Under the pieces are notes generated by a model that worked only from the letters and a program-made list of their open reading frames with translations, was not told the origin of the DNA and did no database searches. Shown one piece after another: positions 1 to 9,380 of a stretch of DNA of 64,000 nt (position 1 is its first letter; each line of letters begins with the position of its first letter). Both the position numbers and the translations under genes were made by a program. Origin of the DNA: Candidatus Latescibacterota bacterium (GTDB taxonomy: Bacteria; Latescibacterota; UBA2968); the NCBI GenBank assembly GCA_965116885.1, contig OZ220741.1, positions 3,392,001 through 3,456,000 on the forward strand. Direction: 5' to 3'.

Positions 1-188
1 AATACGGCGTTCAGGTCGTCAAAGATGCCCTCGCCCTTAAACTTGAGATTGAACTTGTACGCGCTTACCCGTGACCGACTGCAAAAATATAACATTGCTC
101 GCCATTGCAAATTTTTCGCATGAAGCGCGCCGATATTCCCACAGCCCAGGATACAGATACGGGGCTTTTTATACGTTATATGATCCAT
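1..188 (-). CDS. Gfo/Idh/MocA family oxidoreductase, N-terminal part (runs off window)
   Basis: Manual translation MDHITYKKPRICILGCGNIGALHAKNL...; Rossmann GxGxxG motif followed by H typical of Gfo/Idh/MocA. Confidence 0.7.
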   Translation of the reverse strand, partial: MDHITYKKPRICILGCGNIGALHAKNLQWRAMLYFCSRSRVSAYKFNLKFKGEGIFDDLNAV

Positions 189-194
189 TAACGT

Positions 195-584
195 TCATAC
201 CTGTTGACCGAGGCAATAGCACAATCCGTCCGGCGCAATGACGAAGAATAAGCGAAAGGATTTATCGCCGTGTTGGTCAATCCGATAATCGGGGTTGTCA
301 TTTTGCAGTCCATTGTTCTTTAATTCATTGAAGGCGACTTCGACATCATCCACTTCAAAAAAACAACCCTCCTGGGTCGGATCACCACCATTCTCTGCCA
401 GGCCGATCTGAATATCGTCTCTTGCGAGTATAGCGGACTTACAGGGCGCGTCTTTCCGAGATACGACCTGAAATCCCATGATTGTTTCGTAAAAAGGGAT
501 GGCCTCTTCCAGATTTTCAACTGGGAGGTTCATAGCGTCTTGCAAGTAGGGCGAGGCTGTTTTGAATAAGGCTTTGGTTTTCAT
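195..584 (-). CDS. VOC/glyoxalase family protein
   Basis: LPVENLEEAIPFYETIMGF and FFVIAPDG motifs; SD AAGGAG upstream. Confidence 0.8.
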   Translation of the reverse strand: MKTKALFKTASPYLQDAMNLPVENLEEAIPFYETIMGFQVVSRKDAPCKSAILARDDIQIGLAENGGDPTQEGCFFEVDDVEVAFNELKNNGLQNDNPDYRIDQHGDKSFRLFFVIAPDGLCYCLGQQV

Positions 585-606
585 ACTTACTCCTTAAAGA
601 TTGAGC

Positions 607-1005
607 CTATACGAATACTGAGGGTGAGACACCGAATCGTTCGGACAAAGCACGTATTTGACGGACATTCAACTTGCGCTTGCCAGCCAAAATCTCCGAA
701 ACCACTCCTTGCGAACCCACCTCCGGCAAATCCGATTGAGTCAATTCATGCTCTTCCATGAGGAAACGAAGTGAATCCACACCCTCTGACCTGGGCAGGG
801 GATGGTGTTGTTCCTCCCATGTGTGGACAACAGTACCCAGTGTATCAAGTAAAGAATAAAGAGGGTGCCGCTCATCAGTACCCACCTCATCTATCAGGTC
901 GTTGAGACGCTCTATTGCAAGATCATAGTCCCGTTCGTCCTGAATCATGAGTAAAGGACTCACTTGCGTCCAGGATCGCTGAAGCTGTGGGGTAATAACA
1001 CTCAT
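607..1005 (-). CDS. higA: HigA-type HTH antitoxin
   Basis: LRFLMEEHELTQSDL..GSQGVVSEILAGKRKLNVRQIRALSERF Xre HTH; ATGA overlap with upstream toxin stop. Confidence 0.9.
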   Translation of the reverse strand: MSVITPQLQRSWTQVSPLLMIQDERDYDLAIERLNDLIDEVGTDERHPLYSLLDTLGTVVHTWEEQHHPLPRSEGVDSLRFLMEEHELTQSDLPEVGSQGVVSEILAGKRKLNVRQIRALSERFGVSPSVFV

Positions 1006-1289
1006 GTCATCCATCCTCCACGGTCATAAGCCTGATGCGTAAGTATATGACGGATATATACTTTGCCACGGTTGAAGTGAATAGAGGCAATCAGACGGTA
1101 TTTATTGCCAGCGATGTTGAACACGACGAATGCTCCGACTTTGTCAGCAGAAGGAAAGGTGCGGCGCAATGCCGCAAAATTATGAAACTGAGTCTGGTGC
1201 ATGATCTTGAACCAGCGAATCAGAGGCTCCTCGCTGTCGGGATGCTGTGTCCAAAATACTCGCAAGGCTTTGCGTGAGATGATGTGCAT
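1002..1289 (-). CDS. higB: HigB-type mRNA interferase toxin
   Basis: MHIISRKAL..FW..HP, FPSADKVG, VVFNIAGNKYRLI, ILTHQAYD motifs; toxin precedes antitoxin. Confidence 0.9.
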   Translation of the reverse strand: MHIISRKALRVFWTQHPDSEEPLIRWFKIMHQTQFHNFAALRRTFPSADKVGAFVVFNIAGNKYRLIASIHFNRGKVYIRHILTHQAYDRGGWMT

Positions 1290-1295
1290 TTATAC

Positions 1296-1327
1296 CATAA
1301 TATATCGCAAGTTGAGATATATTGCAA
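1296..1327 (-). promoter_or_regulatory. higBA promoter with overlapping palindromic operator
   Basis: Minus strand TTGCAA-17nt-TATATT; inverted repeat AATATATCGCAA-G-TTGAGATATATT (1299-1323, 11/12 match). Confidence 0.75.
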
Positions 1328-1339
1328 ATGGGTGACGAT

Positions 1340-3181
1340 TCATTCCTTCTTCTGGGCTGTGGCGCGAGTTATCCCTTCCGCAGGCACATCCACCCGCACG
1401 GTCAGCACGGTATATCTCCCATCGTCGCTGGTGACCATCGCTTCCAGACGTCCTCCATCCACCGCGTACGCTCCTGCTGGTAGCACAAATGTCACCCGGC
1501 AATCGGGAAATGCGTCTTCCAGAATATTGGTCACTGTCGCTGTCACTTTGTCGTGTTTCCCGTCGTTACCCGGATCGTATGTCACGCTAAGTGGTGGTGG
1601 CCCCGATCGATCAAAAGGAATGGGAGCAATAGTATCTCCTCGATAGGTCGCCGATGTTACATGACCATCTTTAAAACGCACCACCCGAAAACTGCTGCTA
1701 TTGCTTTTGCCTACCCGCGTCGTGGGTGTGGCTCCAATGGTCATCACCTTTTCCCCGGGGCCATGCGCGTCGTGGATCAGCTTTACCTTATGCCTATCCA
1801 GAAATGTCTCTACCGGCGCATTGTGCTCGAATGCGTTGATTATCTTGATCTTAGCCTTCGCTCGCGAGGATAAAAGCGCGTTGGCTTGCGATAGATCCAC
1901 ATGCCAGGGATGACCAAAATTCAGGATGCATAGGTCTGGCCCATGATCGATGATTCCCACCTGATCTCCATACCACCTCTCGTGTCCGTAAAATTGGTGA
2001 TTGCCGAATGTAATCGCATAGGGCATCTCCAGTACCAGATGTGATCCCGAGATATACGCCGGGTTCACCGCATTGCTAATCAGGACCATATCCGGCGCGA
2101 TCAGGTTGGCGACTTCGGCCAGTTGTCTCTCGTATTCCGCCTGGTACTGTCCCTGCGTGTCCAGGTGTCCAAACGTCATAAAAACCGGATCTTTCGGATA
2201 GTCTCGAACGACGTACACGCTTCTGGGAGACTGCCGCGTGAAATCTCCTCGCGAGCCGGACACCTTTATCGATAGATCGTATAACCCAGATGGTATGTCT
2301 TGAGGTAGCTTTACCGTACCTTCCCGATCATAATAAAACTTCGCACTCGGATCTTCCTCAAATACTACCGTGCGTGAGATCATAGCTGGCCCAATCCGAC
2401 GCGACAACTTCACTTGCCCTATCGTGTGATCGTAGGCTCCCAACCGCACCCGAAAAGATTCACCGGGCCGACGGATGTCAGGGTGTCCCAGAACCGGGAA
2501 TCGGAAGCCTTGTGGTCTGGTCTCCGGATTCCGGTGTAGATATACTGGTGGCAGGCGCGTTTCTTTTCCTTTTTGAATCGCGATTTCTTCAATTTTTTGA
2601 GACTCCCATCCGTGCGCAATCAATTCCAGTGAATATCCCATTCCTGCGGGTAGGCCAGTCAGACGACACGCCCCCGATAACCAATTCCGCACCAGCGTGT
2701 TCCGCACTATTTGACCACTCTGGCGTACCACCGCTCGTGCATCTACGAAGAATCCATTTTCCTCTCCGTTGAGTACAAATGACAGTTCTCCAGAATGCTC
2801 CGCCAGGACTCGAAAACCAGATATACGGCAGCCCGTCTCGCCCCTGTTCTGACGATGCTCAACGCGTACCCGGTGTTTCCCCAGCGTCAGTCCCCTCGCC
2901 AGTACCACCTCTCGTGCTTCGTTACCCGGATACAAGATGCGCGGACTCCCATCATCCACTGTCACAATTAGTTTTCCCAGAGAAGGTTTTCCGTAGGCCG
3001 ACACGGCGTGCTGGCCCAGACCGAGTGCCACTCCTGTACCGGTAAATTCAAACGTCAAGGCAGCACCATTATCCTCCGTCTCCAGACAGGCTGTCCTGGC
3101 ATACCGGAACTGGCTCTCCCACCACGTACCTGATTGCAGCACACGGACTGTATCCAGAGCAGATATCCACTCCTTACTCAT
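1340..3181 (-). CDS. Multidomain hypothetical protein with beta-sandwich modules and a degenerate calcineurin-like phosphoesterase domain
   Basis: 613 aa ORF with SD; FMTFGHLD / PDMVLISNAVN / TFGNHQ / IHDAHG resemble metallophosphoesterase motifs. Confidence 0.55.
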   Translation of the reverse strand: MSKEWISALDTVRVLQSGTWWESQFRYARTACLETEDNGAALTFEFTGTGVALGLGQHAVSAYGKPSLGKLIVTVDDGSPRILYPGNEAREVVLARGLTLGKHRVRVEHRQNRGETGCRISGFRVLAEHSGELSFVLNGEENGFFVDARAVVRQSGQIVRNTLVRNWLSGACRLTGLPAGMGYSLELIAHGWESQKIEEIAIQKGKETRLPPVYLHRNPETRPQGFRFPVLGHPDIRRPGESFRVRLGAYDHTIGQVKLSRRIGPAMISRTVVFEEDPSAKFYYDREGTVKLPQDIPSGLYDLSIKVSGSRGDFTRQSPRSVYVVRDYPKDPVFMTFGHLDTQGQYQAEYERQLAEVANLIAPDMVLISNAVNPAYISGSHLVLEMPYAITFGNHQFYGHERWYGDQVGIIDHGPDLCILNFGHPWHVDLSQANALLSSRAKAKIKIINAFEHNAPVETFLDRHKVKLIHDAHGPGEKVMTIGATPTTRVGKSNSSSFRVVRFKDGHVTSATYRGDTIAPIPFDRSGPPPLSVTYDPGNDGKHDKVTATVTNILEDAFPDCRVTFVLPAGAYAVDGGRLEAMVTSDDGRYTVLTVRVDVPAEGITRATAQKKE

Positions 3182-3198
3182 CGGTATTTATCCCTCTT

Positions 3199-4092
3199 TT
3201 AGACACGCACTTCTCTTGGCACAACATCCAGATCCCACGCCTGCCAGTAGTATTTCACTGGATCGTTCTCGTCCCATTTTTCATACACATCTTCCCATGT
3301 CAGCCAATTCATATGCGGCTGTAGTGAATCATCTCGAACTGGATGGCTTCGCGGTTGATACCGGTAATCAGATGAAATGCGCAGAAGGTCTGCTGACTCG
3401 TTATCGCGTCCCTGATGAATGGTCAGGCTGTGTAAAATAATCACGTCACCGCACATATAGTCGCCGCCGATCCAGACGGAATCCTCTTCGACGGGAACCT
3501 GACGGCCACCTGGTCCCACGCCTTCGAATGTTTCCAGTTTACCTCGCCGGTGCGATCCTCGGGCGACGGCGAGTCCACCGAGTTCTTCTGGACAGTCACC
3601 GCAGGGGATCCAGGCTGTCCATGTCTCGTCCGATCCTCCTATAAAGTAATTGTCCTGGTGCGGCGGAGTCGAATGGGTATTGGTATTGGGGAAGACAAGG
3701 CGGCAGATGTTTCGGCTGTGCGGGAGTACATGTTCACCGAATAGAACTTCGAACGCCCGAATTAGAGGAGGTTCGAGCGCCAGTGCGTGAAAGTCTCGAA
3801 TTTTCAGTACATCACCATAAAATGCCTGCCAGCGCGGGTCTTTGCTCTCGACGACCTGAATGTCGGGGTCTGCAATGCCCTCTGTCAGTTCAGAGCCGTC
3901 CATCAGCCACCCGTGGTCCCGACAGACGCTGAGGATCTGATGTCGAACCTCGATTACACGTTCCGGATCGAGCAGGTTGCGAAAGAACAAATACCCGTTT
4001 TCTTTTGCCTGTTGTCGAAGCTTCTCAGGATTCTGCAACAAATCCGTCGCATCTTCAAGCGCCTCAATCTGTTTCATTTCAATCATCGCCAT
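3199..4092 (-). CDS. Phytanoyl-CoA dioxygenase (PhyH) family protein
   Basis: NGYLFFR, TPPHQD (HxD), WTAWIP, GSH, LTIHQG, RISSDYRY. Confidence 0.9.
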   Translation of the reverse strand: MAMIEMKQIEALEDATDLLQNPEKLRQQAKENGYLFFRNLLDPERVIEVRHQILSVCRDHGWLMDGSELTEGIADPDIQVVESKDPRWQAFYGDVLKIRDFHALALEPPLIRAFEVLFGEHVLPHSRNICRLVFPNTNTHSTPPHQDNYFIGGSDETWTAWIPCGDCPEELGGLAVARGSHRRGKLETFEGVGPGGRQVPVEEDSVWIGGDYMCGDVIILHSLTIHQGRDNESADLLRISSDYRYQPRSHPVRDDSLQPHMNWLTWEDVYEKWDENDPVKYYWQAWDLDVVPREVRV

Positions 4093-4119
4093 TATGACGG
4101 TCTCCTTTTTCTGAACGAG

Positions 4120-4488
4120 TTAGGACCTGTGCCAGGGATCTAACTCTTGAATTTCGTCTGGTTCAGGCATGGTCGTAAATTGGACTGCTTTTATCGTCTT
4201 ACGGCCTTCAAGTATCGCTTTGCACAAACGATGGCCGCCATCCATGAGTGATCCATCTGCATTTAGAATGATAGGATATTTCAGGGAAGCGTGGTTAATT
4301 TTTTTACAATGTCGCGCGATCTCTCTTAGTGTGGGTTTCTTTTGCCCAAACCAGCAATCTTTGTCTAACTCTTTAATTGATGATATATCGATTTCAAATG
4401 GAGGAAGATCTCTGGACTGCATCCAGAGTTTTTCGGTGTACCACACGAGCCGTTTACCATCGCGTATTGTACTGTGTTTCTGTGGCAC
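4120..4488 (-). CDS. Stand-alone ParB/Srx N-terminal-like domain protein
   Basis: YPIILNADGSLMDGGHRLCKA motif; strong SD AGGAGG. Confidence 0.65.
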   Translation of the reverse strand: MPQKHSTIRDGKRLVWYTEKLWMQSRDLPPFEIDISSIKELDKDCWFGQKKPTLREIARHCKKINHASLKYPIILNADGSLMDGGHRLCKAILEGRKTIKAVQFTTMPEPDEIQELDPWHRS

Positions 4489-4501
4489 GATTCCTCCTTT
4501 T

Positions 4502-5017
4502 TCAAGCCATACTCAGGCTGTATCGAATTTCTCTGCGTTCAACTCCTGCAAGGGGTTCTGATTTTTGTGCGCCATCCGCACTGAATCCGAATTTTTGATA
4601 GAAGGAAATCGCTCTCTGGTTGGTTTCGAGAAGCCAAATTTTCACCGTTGAGCAATTCATATTGCGAAGGGCCGTAAGAGATGCCTCCATCAGCTTTCGA
4701 CCAATGCCGCGGTCCCAGAATTCTTCAAGGGCGTAGATTGCATAGACTTCGCCAACGGCGTTTTTATCCAGTCCTTCATCTCGTACGGGGCCAAAGCTGA
4801 TGAATGCAACGATCCTTTGCTCTACTTCAGCTACAAGTACTTTGTTGGAGGGGCTGTTGAGGGTCAGGTGCCATTGTTTCTCCCTCTGGTCAACAGACAA
4901 ATTATCGAGGATGTCATCGGGCAATTGCCCCTTGTACGCAGCCTGCCATGACCGAACGTGGACCTCGGCCAAGCCCCTGGCGTCGTTTTTGGAAGGTTCT
5001 CGGATGATTATTGTCAT
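4502..5017 (-). CDS. GNAT N-acetyltransferase
   Basis: VHVRSWQAAY, WDRGIGRKLM, NQRAISFYQKFGF. Confidence 0.9.
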   Translation of the reverse strand: MTIIIREPSKNDARGLAEVHVRSWQAAYKGQLPDDILDNLSVDQREKQWHLTLNSPSNKVLVAEVEQRIVAFISFGPVRDEGLDKNAVGEVYAIYALEEFWDRGIGRKLMEASLTALRNMNCSTVKIWLLETNQRAISFYQKFGFSADGAQKSEPLAGVERREIRYSLSMA

Positions 5018-5051
5018 GGTGGGCGGCCTTTCAAAGTGATGGTGCCTTTCC

Positions 5052-6032
5052 TCATTTCTTGAGCGCGTCTCTTACGGCTCTGGCGAGTCCCGGGTGCTTC
5101 TGCAGGGTGCTCAAGCGAGAGATGACGAGATTGCCGCCGCCGTGTTTCAGGGCGATTTCTATCTCTTTGGCAAGGCGTTCGGGTGTGCGTACGAAGCCAG
5201 GCAAGTCGTGAATGCCGATGAAGGAGACAAAGCGGTTGATCTCTGGATTTTCCAGGCGCTTCATTTCGGCGGCTTCCATTTCAACGCGTTCGAGTCGCCA
5301 TTCGGGGGGATAGAACCAGGAGATGGTCTGTGTGCAATAGTCGAGTTTGTATTTGGCGCCAATGTACTCGTCGGGAAGGAAGTGCGGCCAGACGTGGTTG
5401 GTGACGATGGCATTGGGATCTATGGATTTAGCGTGGTTGTAGAGGAGGCGGTGAACGTCAATGAGCGTTTGCGTGGAGACTTTGCCCATGATTTCGATAT
5501 CGGACAGGTCGGGGGTTTGCTCGCGCGCTTCTTTACGCAGGGTTTCACAGAGGTCACAGAAACAGGCGTAGTGGTTGACAAAGCCAAAGCCGTCGAGGGC
5601 GATCCCGTCGGCGATAGCCAGGGCGAGTTCAGCCCGCTTCTTGAGTTCGGCCTGCGATTCGGGATGCTCGAAACAGAGGACTGTTCTCGGTAAGATAAAC
5701 GATTGCCAGCGGTAGCTCTCTCCATGCGGGTGTCCGGCAATGGCGTCCAAGACTTTGTATTCGAATTCGCGCATTTTCTGAAGACAATGCGGATAGGTAT
5801 TTTCAAAGTCGTCGTCGGAATAGGGGAAGACGGTGGCGATGATCTGAATGTCCCGTTTATGTGCTTGCGCGACCATTTCAGGCGTGGCGCTATTGGTAAT
5901 AAGCATGTTGCAGCCAAGGTCAGCCACAAAATCGACGGCTTGTTCGCGTTTGGTGTCGGTTCTAAGACGATCGATGGCCCAAACGGCTTTCATAGGGAGA
6001 TGTCCTTTCTGAAGTTGGGCAACGGTTATCAT
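5052..6032 (-). CDS. Hypothetical protein, probable glycoside-hydrolase-like TIM barrel
   Basis: 326 aa; CFEHP...ADGIALDGFG...YACFCDLC pattern seen in GH-like barrels. Confidence 0.45.
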   Translation of the reverse strand: MITVAQLQKGHLPMKAVWAIDRLRTDTKREQAVDFVADLGCNMLITNSATPEMVAQAHKRDIQIIATVFPYSDDDFENTYPHCLQKMREFEYKVLDAIAGHPHGESYRWQSFILPRTVLCFEHPESQAELKKRAELALAIADGIALDGFGFVNHYACFCDLCETLRKEAREQTPDLSDIEIMGKVSTQTLIDVHRLLYNHAKSIDPNAIVTNHVWPHFLPDEYIGAKYKLDYCTQTISWFYPPEWRLERVEMEAAEMKRLENPEINRFVSFIGIHDLPGFVRTPERLAKEIEIALKHGGGNLVISRLSTLQKHPGLARAVRDALKK

Positions 6033-6041
6033 CTGGTTCTG

Positions 6042-6497
6042 TCAGGTAATATCTCCCAGGTATATGGGAGGTGCTCCGGGTTCAGAGCCAAGATAATCGA
6101 GTAAGGGCTTAGGATAGAATCTCAGGTTCTTGAGTTCACTAATGCTCATCCATTTCACCCCAACCTGGATTGAATCTCCCTCTGGGGCTTCGGAGGCATT
6201 ATAGTCTTCATCAACGGAACATCGGAAGATGAAGTCAATTAAATGGACACCCTTCGTCCGGGAACCCTCGTGATTGTCAGTGATATATTCTCGAACAAAG
6301 TTTAAACCTTCAACTGTGACGTCAGCCCCTATTTCTTCTTGACATTCCCGCTTGAGCGCATCTATAAGTGTCTCTTTGCCGGGGTCCATGCCACCCCCTG
6401 GCAGAATGTACCAAAGACCTTTGTCATCGATATTCTCGGTAACGAGAATTTGGTCGCCTCTCTGAATCAGAGCCTTGGCTGCATTTCGCAAGTTCAT
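6042..6497 (-). CDS. NUDIX hydrolase
   Basis: Nudix box LPGGGMDPGKETLIDALKRECQEEIG. Confidence 0.92.
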   Translation of the reverse strand: MNLRNAAKALIQRGDQILVTENIDDKGLWYILPGGGMDPGKETLIDALKRECQEEIGADVTVEGLNFVREYITDNHEGSRTKGVHLIDFIFRCSVDEDYNASEAPEGDSIQVGVKWMSISELKNLRFYPKPLLDYLGSEPGAPPIYLGDIT

Positions 6498-6527
6498 AAT
6501 AGATACCTCAAGCGAATCTCACGCTAC

Positions 6528-7871
6528 TCATCTCAGATCATTTTCTCCCAACACGTATTTGATCTGTACGTTCCCGTCTTTATCGACAATTTTCATGTTT
6601 AGCTCGCGGTTTCCTTTAGGGCCTGAGAAACGGAGTAGCCCAAAGTTGAAACCGGGATAGACGGTTGCGATACTCTGTGGGTTTCCGCGCCAGCCCGAGC
6701 GGGGTCTTTGAACGATTGGGTCTGTCCTGACAGCGGCGTTGGAACTGAGCAATTCAAAGAGGGGATAGGTGTCCTGTCCCTCGCGATAGAGGCGGTTGAG
6801 CGTTCCGACGTGCCAATCGCCTGCGATGAAGACGACACCGGTGATGTTTTCGGCGAACATCCATTTCAGGAAGTCGTCTCGCTCTGTACTGAAGTTGTCC
6901 CATCGCTCGCCGCGTCCGGTGAAGTCAACGACCATGCTATTTCCATTGGCGATCACTTTGAACGTCGCTGTGCTCGCCTTCAAGGACGCTTTCAGCCAGT
7001 CGATCTGGCCCTGGCCGAACATTGTCTTGCGGTCTTCTGCTTCATTCGGGTCCCTATGATAGCGATCGTCGAGCATGAAGAACTCGACATCGGAAATTCG
7101 AAACTTGTGAAAGATCCCCTTTGTCTGGGAAGTGCCCCCGCCCGAATTAGGCCAATACCGTCGATACAGTTCCAGGGTCTCTTCCCGGTAGGAGAATGTG
7201 CGATCGGAGTTGTTAGGCCCATAGTCGTGGTCGTCCCAGATCCCATAGCTGGGCGTCGTCGCCATTAGTGCTCTGATTTCCGGCACATGTCGTACTTCCC
7301 GATGATATCCCGCCATTGCATAGCGGACTGGATCCGGGTCCTCGCCGTAGTGACTGGATCGTCCCGGCATGTAGTTGATGTCGCCAATAAAGAGAAATGC
7401 GTTTGGACGGTGCTGCAAAACTTCTGCAAATGCGGGTTGCATGGGCTGTGTAGCCGGATTCAGGCAGGAACCAAATCCTACGGAGAAATCAGCGACATAG
7501 GTTGAGTCATTTCGCCTCGGTTGCATCGCGGGCATTGTGCGGAATACCTGGGGAACAAGTGCTCTTACCTGTTTCCCATTTACCGAAATCGCGTAGTGAA
7601 CCCTCGTGTTCTGCACAAGTCCGTTCAGTGTCACCGTGCCGGTGTGGGGATAGCTCTCAGAGGTCATCGTTTCTACTGCTGAACGGGTGATCTCCATTGC
7701 CCTGCCCGTTTGTGTCCAGTAATCCACTGTGACCTTCGCTGGCGCGTCTGTCTCAACCCAGATTATCGCCGATGATGTCGTCGTATGGCTTATCATTGGG
7801 CCTGCAAGTAGCTCTGCGGCCATTATCCGCGTTGGAATAAGCATCAGTACTGTCAGGATCAAAATTCTCAT
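6528..7871 (-). CDS. phoD: Alkaline phosphatase D family protein, secreted
   Basis: Signal peptide; FGSC, GDINY, IWDDHDYGPNN, LDDRYHR, AGDWH motifs. Confidence 0.88.
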   Translation of the reverse strand: MRILILTVLMLIPTRIMAAELLAGPMISHTTTSSAIIWVETDAPAKVTVDYWTQTGRAMEITRSAVETMTSESYPHTGTVTLNGLVQNTRVHYAISVNGKQVRALVPQVFRTMPAMQPRRNDSTYVADFSVGFGSCLNPATQPMQPAFAEVLQHRPNAFLFIGDINYMPGRSSHYGEDPDPVRYAMAGYHREVRHVPEIRALMATTPSYGIWDDHDYGPNNSDRTFSYREETLELYRRYWPNSGGGTSQTKGIFHKFRISDVEFFMLDDRYHRDPNEAEDRKTMFGQGQIDWLKASLKASTATFKVIANGNSMVVDFTGRGERWDNFSTERDDFLKWMFAENITGVVFIAGDWHVGTLNRLYREGQDTYPLFELLSSNAAVRTDPIVQRPRSGWRGNPQSIATVYPGFNFGLLRFSGPKGNRELNMKIVDKDGNVQIKYVLGENDLR

Positions 7872-8368
7872 TTCTCCTCCTCTTGTGTAAAGGCTTTGGA
7901 AAGTATTGTTTTTGCCAGTTCTTCGGATCGCTGAGAGCCAATCAATAATCGCTTTCCATTGGTTAATTCCAATTGTACGCCTCGATCTCCACTCACATTA
8001 TAAGCCATTCCTTTAGCTCCATATCGAATTCCCCATCCGCCGTATTCTTTGATTGGGCTGTATTGTCTGGCATCACATTTTGCAATTTCTGAGAATGGAA
8101 TTATCTCTTTCTTCAGCGGAAAGAATCGGATGTGAATGGCGTCATTTTTGACATCCGTTACCATCTTTATCGAAAGCATAAACACCGGTACTAATACCAG
8201 AGCCAGAATACTGACACCATAAATAAGCGTATTGGTGCCAGACATTGGCCAGTTCCGAAATACCGTGAATCCTATATAGATCAAAGCTGAGATGCAAGGT
8301 ACAAGTACAATAGCCAATAGCCAGCCCTGTCTAAATTGCTGAATTTCGCTGAAATTTGAGTTGTCCAT
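7868..8368 (-). CDS. Membrane protein, DUF6141/bacterial PH-like
   Basis: Two TM helices then YSPIKEYGGWGIRYG...YNVSGDRGVQL...LLIGSQ. Confidence 0.7.
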   Translation of the reverse strand: MDNSNFSEIQQFRQGWLLAIVLVPCISALIYIGFTVFRNWPMSGTNTLIYGVSILALVLVPVFMLSIKMVTDVKNDAIHIRFFPLKKEIIPFSEIAKCDARQYSPIKEYGGWGIRYGAKGMAYNVSGDRGVQLELTNGKRLLIGSQRSEELAKTILSKAFTQEEEK

Positions 8369-9358
8369 TTATGACTCCCAGGGTATGGGTACATCGATCT
8401 CTGTGGCAATGTGCTGCAACATGTCGAGATGTTCTTCGGTCAACGGGATACCGCTTTGTTCGCGTTCTTGTTCGCGTTGCCATTCCAAACTGCCGGGGAC
8501 TTCGGCGCTCGACAAGCCCGGCATGGGGTTCAGCGACCGGCTTTCGCGCAAGATGCGAGAGATTTCTGCCTTATAAGCCTCCAGATCGCCCAGTTGAGCC
8601 ACATCAATCGCCACAATCATAAATCCTCGCGTGGCACTTGAATATTTTGGTTTGTGCGATTCGGGTGTCGCTGTGCCCGATAGAATGCCCGCCAGGAACC
8701 ACGATGTAAATCGCATGCCCAAACTTTTAAAAATAAAATCTGGAAATGTCTGCAATGCCTCGGCGAGTTTGCTGCGGTCTTTCAACATGTTTGCGTTCAT
8801 GTCCAGTACAAAAGGCGGGCCTTCTGCCGTTGGTATGCCAAAACACATCGGGGGAGCAGACATCGCATCCCATACCGTTGCATCGGGGCGCGTCGGTTTG
8901 ACCCAGGCGATTCCCCCTGCCACGCAAAAGGTCGCCAGATCGCGCGTTAGTGCCAGCCGCGCGTAGATCCCCGCGCTGCCCACATGGCCGTGATTGCGCG
9001 TGCTCGCAACGGCAATGCCATTTGTTTTCGCCTTTTCAATGACGGCCTCTGTTGCCCGCGTTGCCACGAGGTAACCCGCACCGCCATCCCCGTCAAAAAT
9101 CGCCATTGAAGGGGCATCCGTAATCTGAACAATTTGGGGCTGTGGGTTAATGCGCCCTTCTCGAAACTCAGCCACATACCGCCGTAACTGTCGCGTGCCG
9201 TGTGTAGCCACGCCGCGCAAATCTACATCTACCAGATAGCGCGCGATCAACGCGGCGTCGCCATTGGGCAAATGGACTTTGCGCAATGCTGCGGTAGCAA
9301 AGTTGCGTAACAGGTCAGGCATTATACGCCTGGCGTCTTCGGGGATATAAACGGGCAT
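8369..9358 (-). CDS. Ldh_2 (malate/L-lactate/ureidoglycolate dehydrogenase-like) oxidoreductase
   Basis: DLRGVATHG, FDGDGGAG, KAKTNGIA, NHGHVGSAGIYA. Confidence 0.85.
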   Translation of the reverse strand: MPVYIPEDARRIMPDLLRNFATAALRKVHLPNGDAALIARYLVDVDLRGVATHGTRQLRRYVAEFREGRINPQPQIVQITDAPSMAIFDGDGGAGYLVATRATEAVIEKAKTNGIAVASTRNHGHVGSAGIYARLALTRDLATFCVAGGIAWVKPTRPDATVWDAMSAPPMCFGIPTAEGPPFVLDMNANMLKDRSKLAEALQTFPDFIFKSLGMRFTSWFLAGILSGTATPESHKPKYSSATRGFMIVAIDVAQLGDLEAYKAEISRILRESRSLNPMPGLSSAEVPGSLEWQREQEREQSGIPLTEEHLDMLQHIATEIDVPIPWES

Positions 9359-9380
9359 GAGAGTCTCCTGCGAGGTGGAA

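Noticed and set aside
5094..5693. 199-aa plus-strand ORF (and similar ORFs at 12760, 15215, 37507, 41414, 50862)
   Set aside because: Antisense shadows of well-supported genes, with no recognisable motifs
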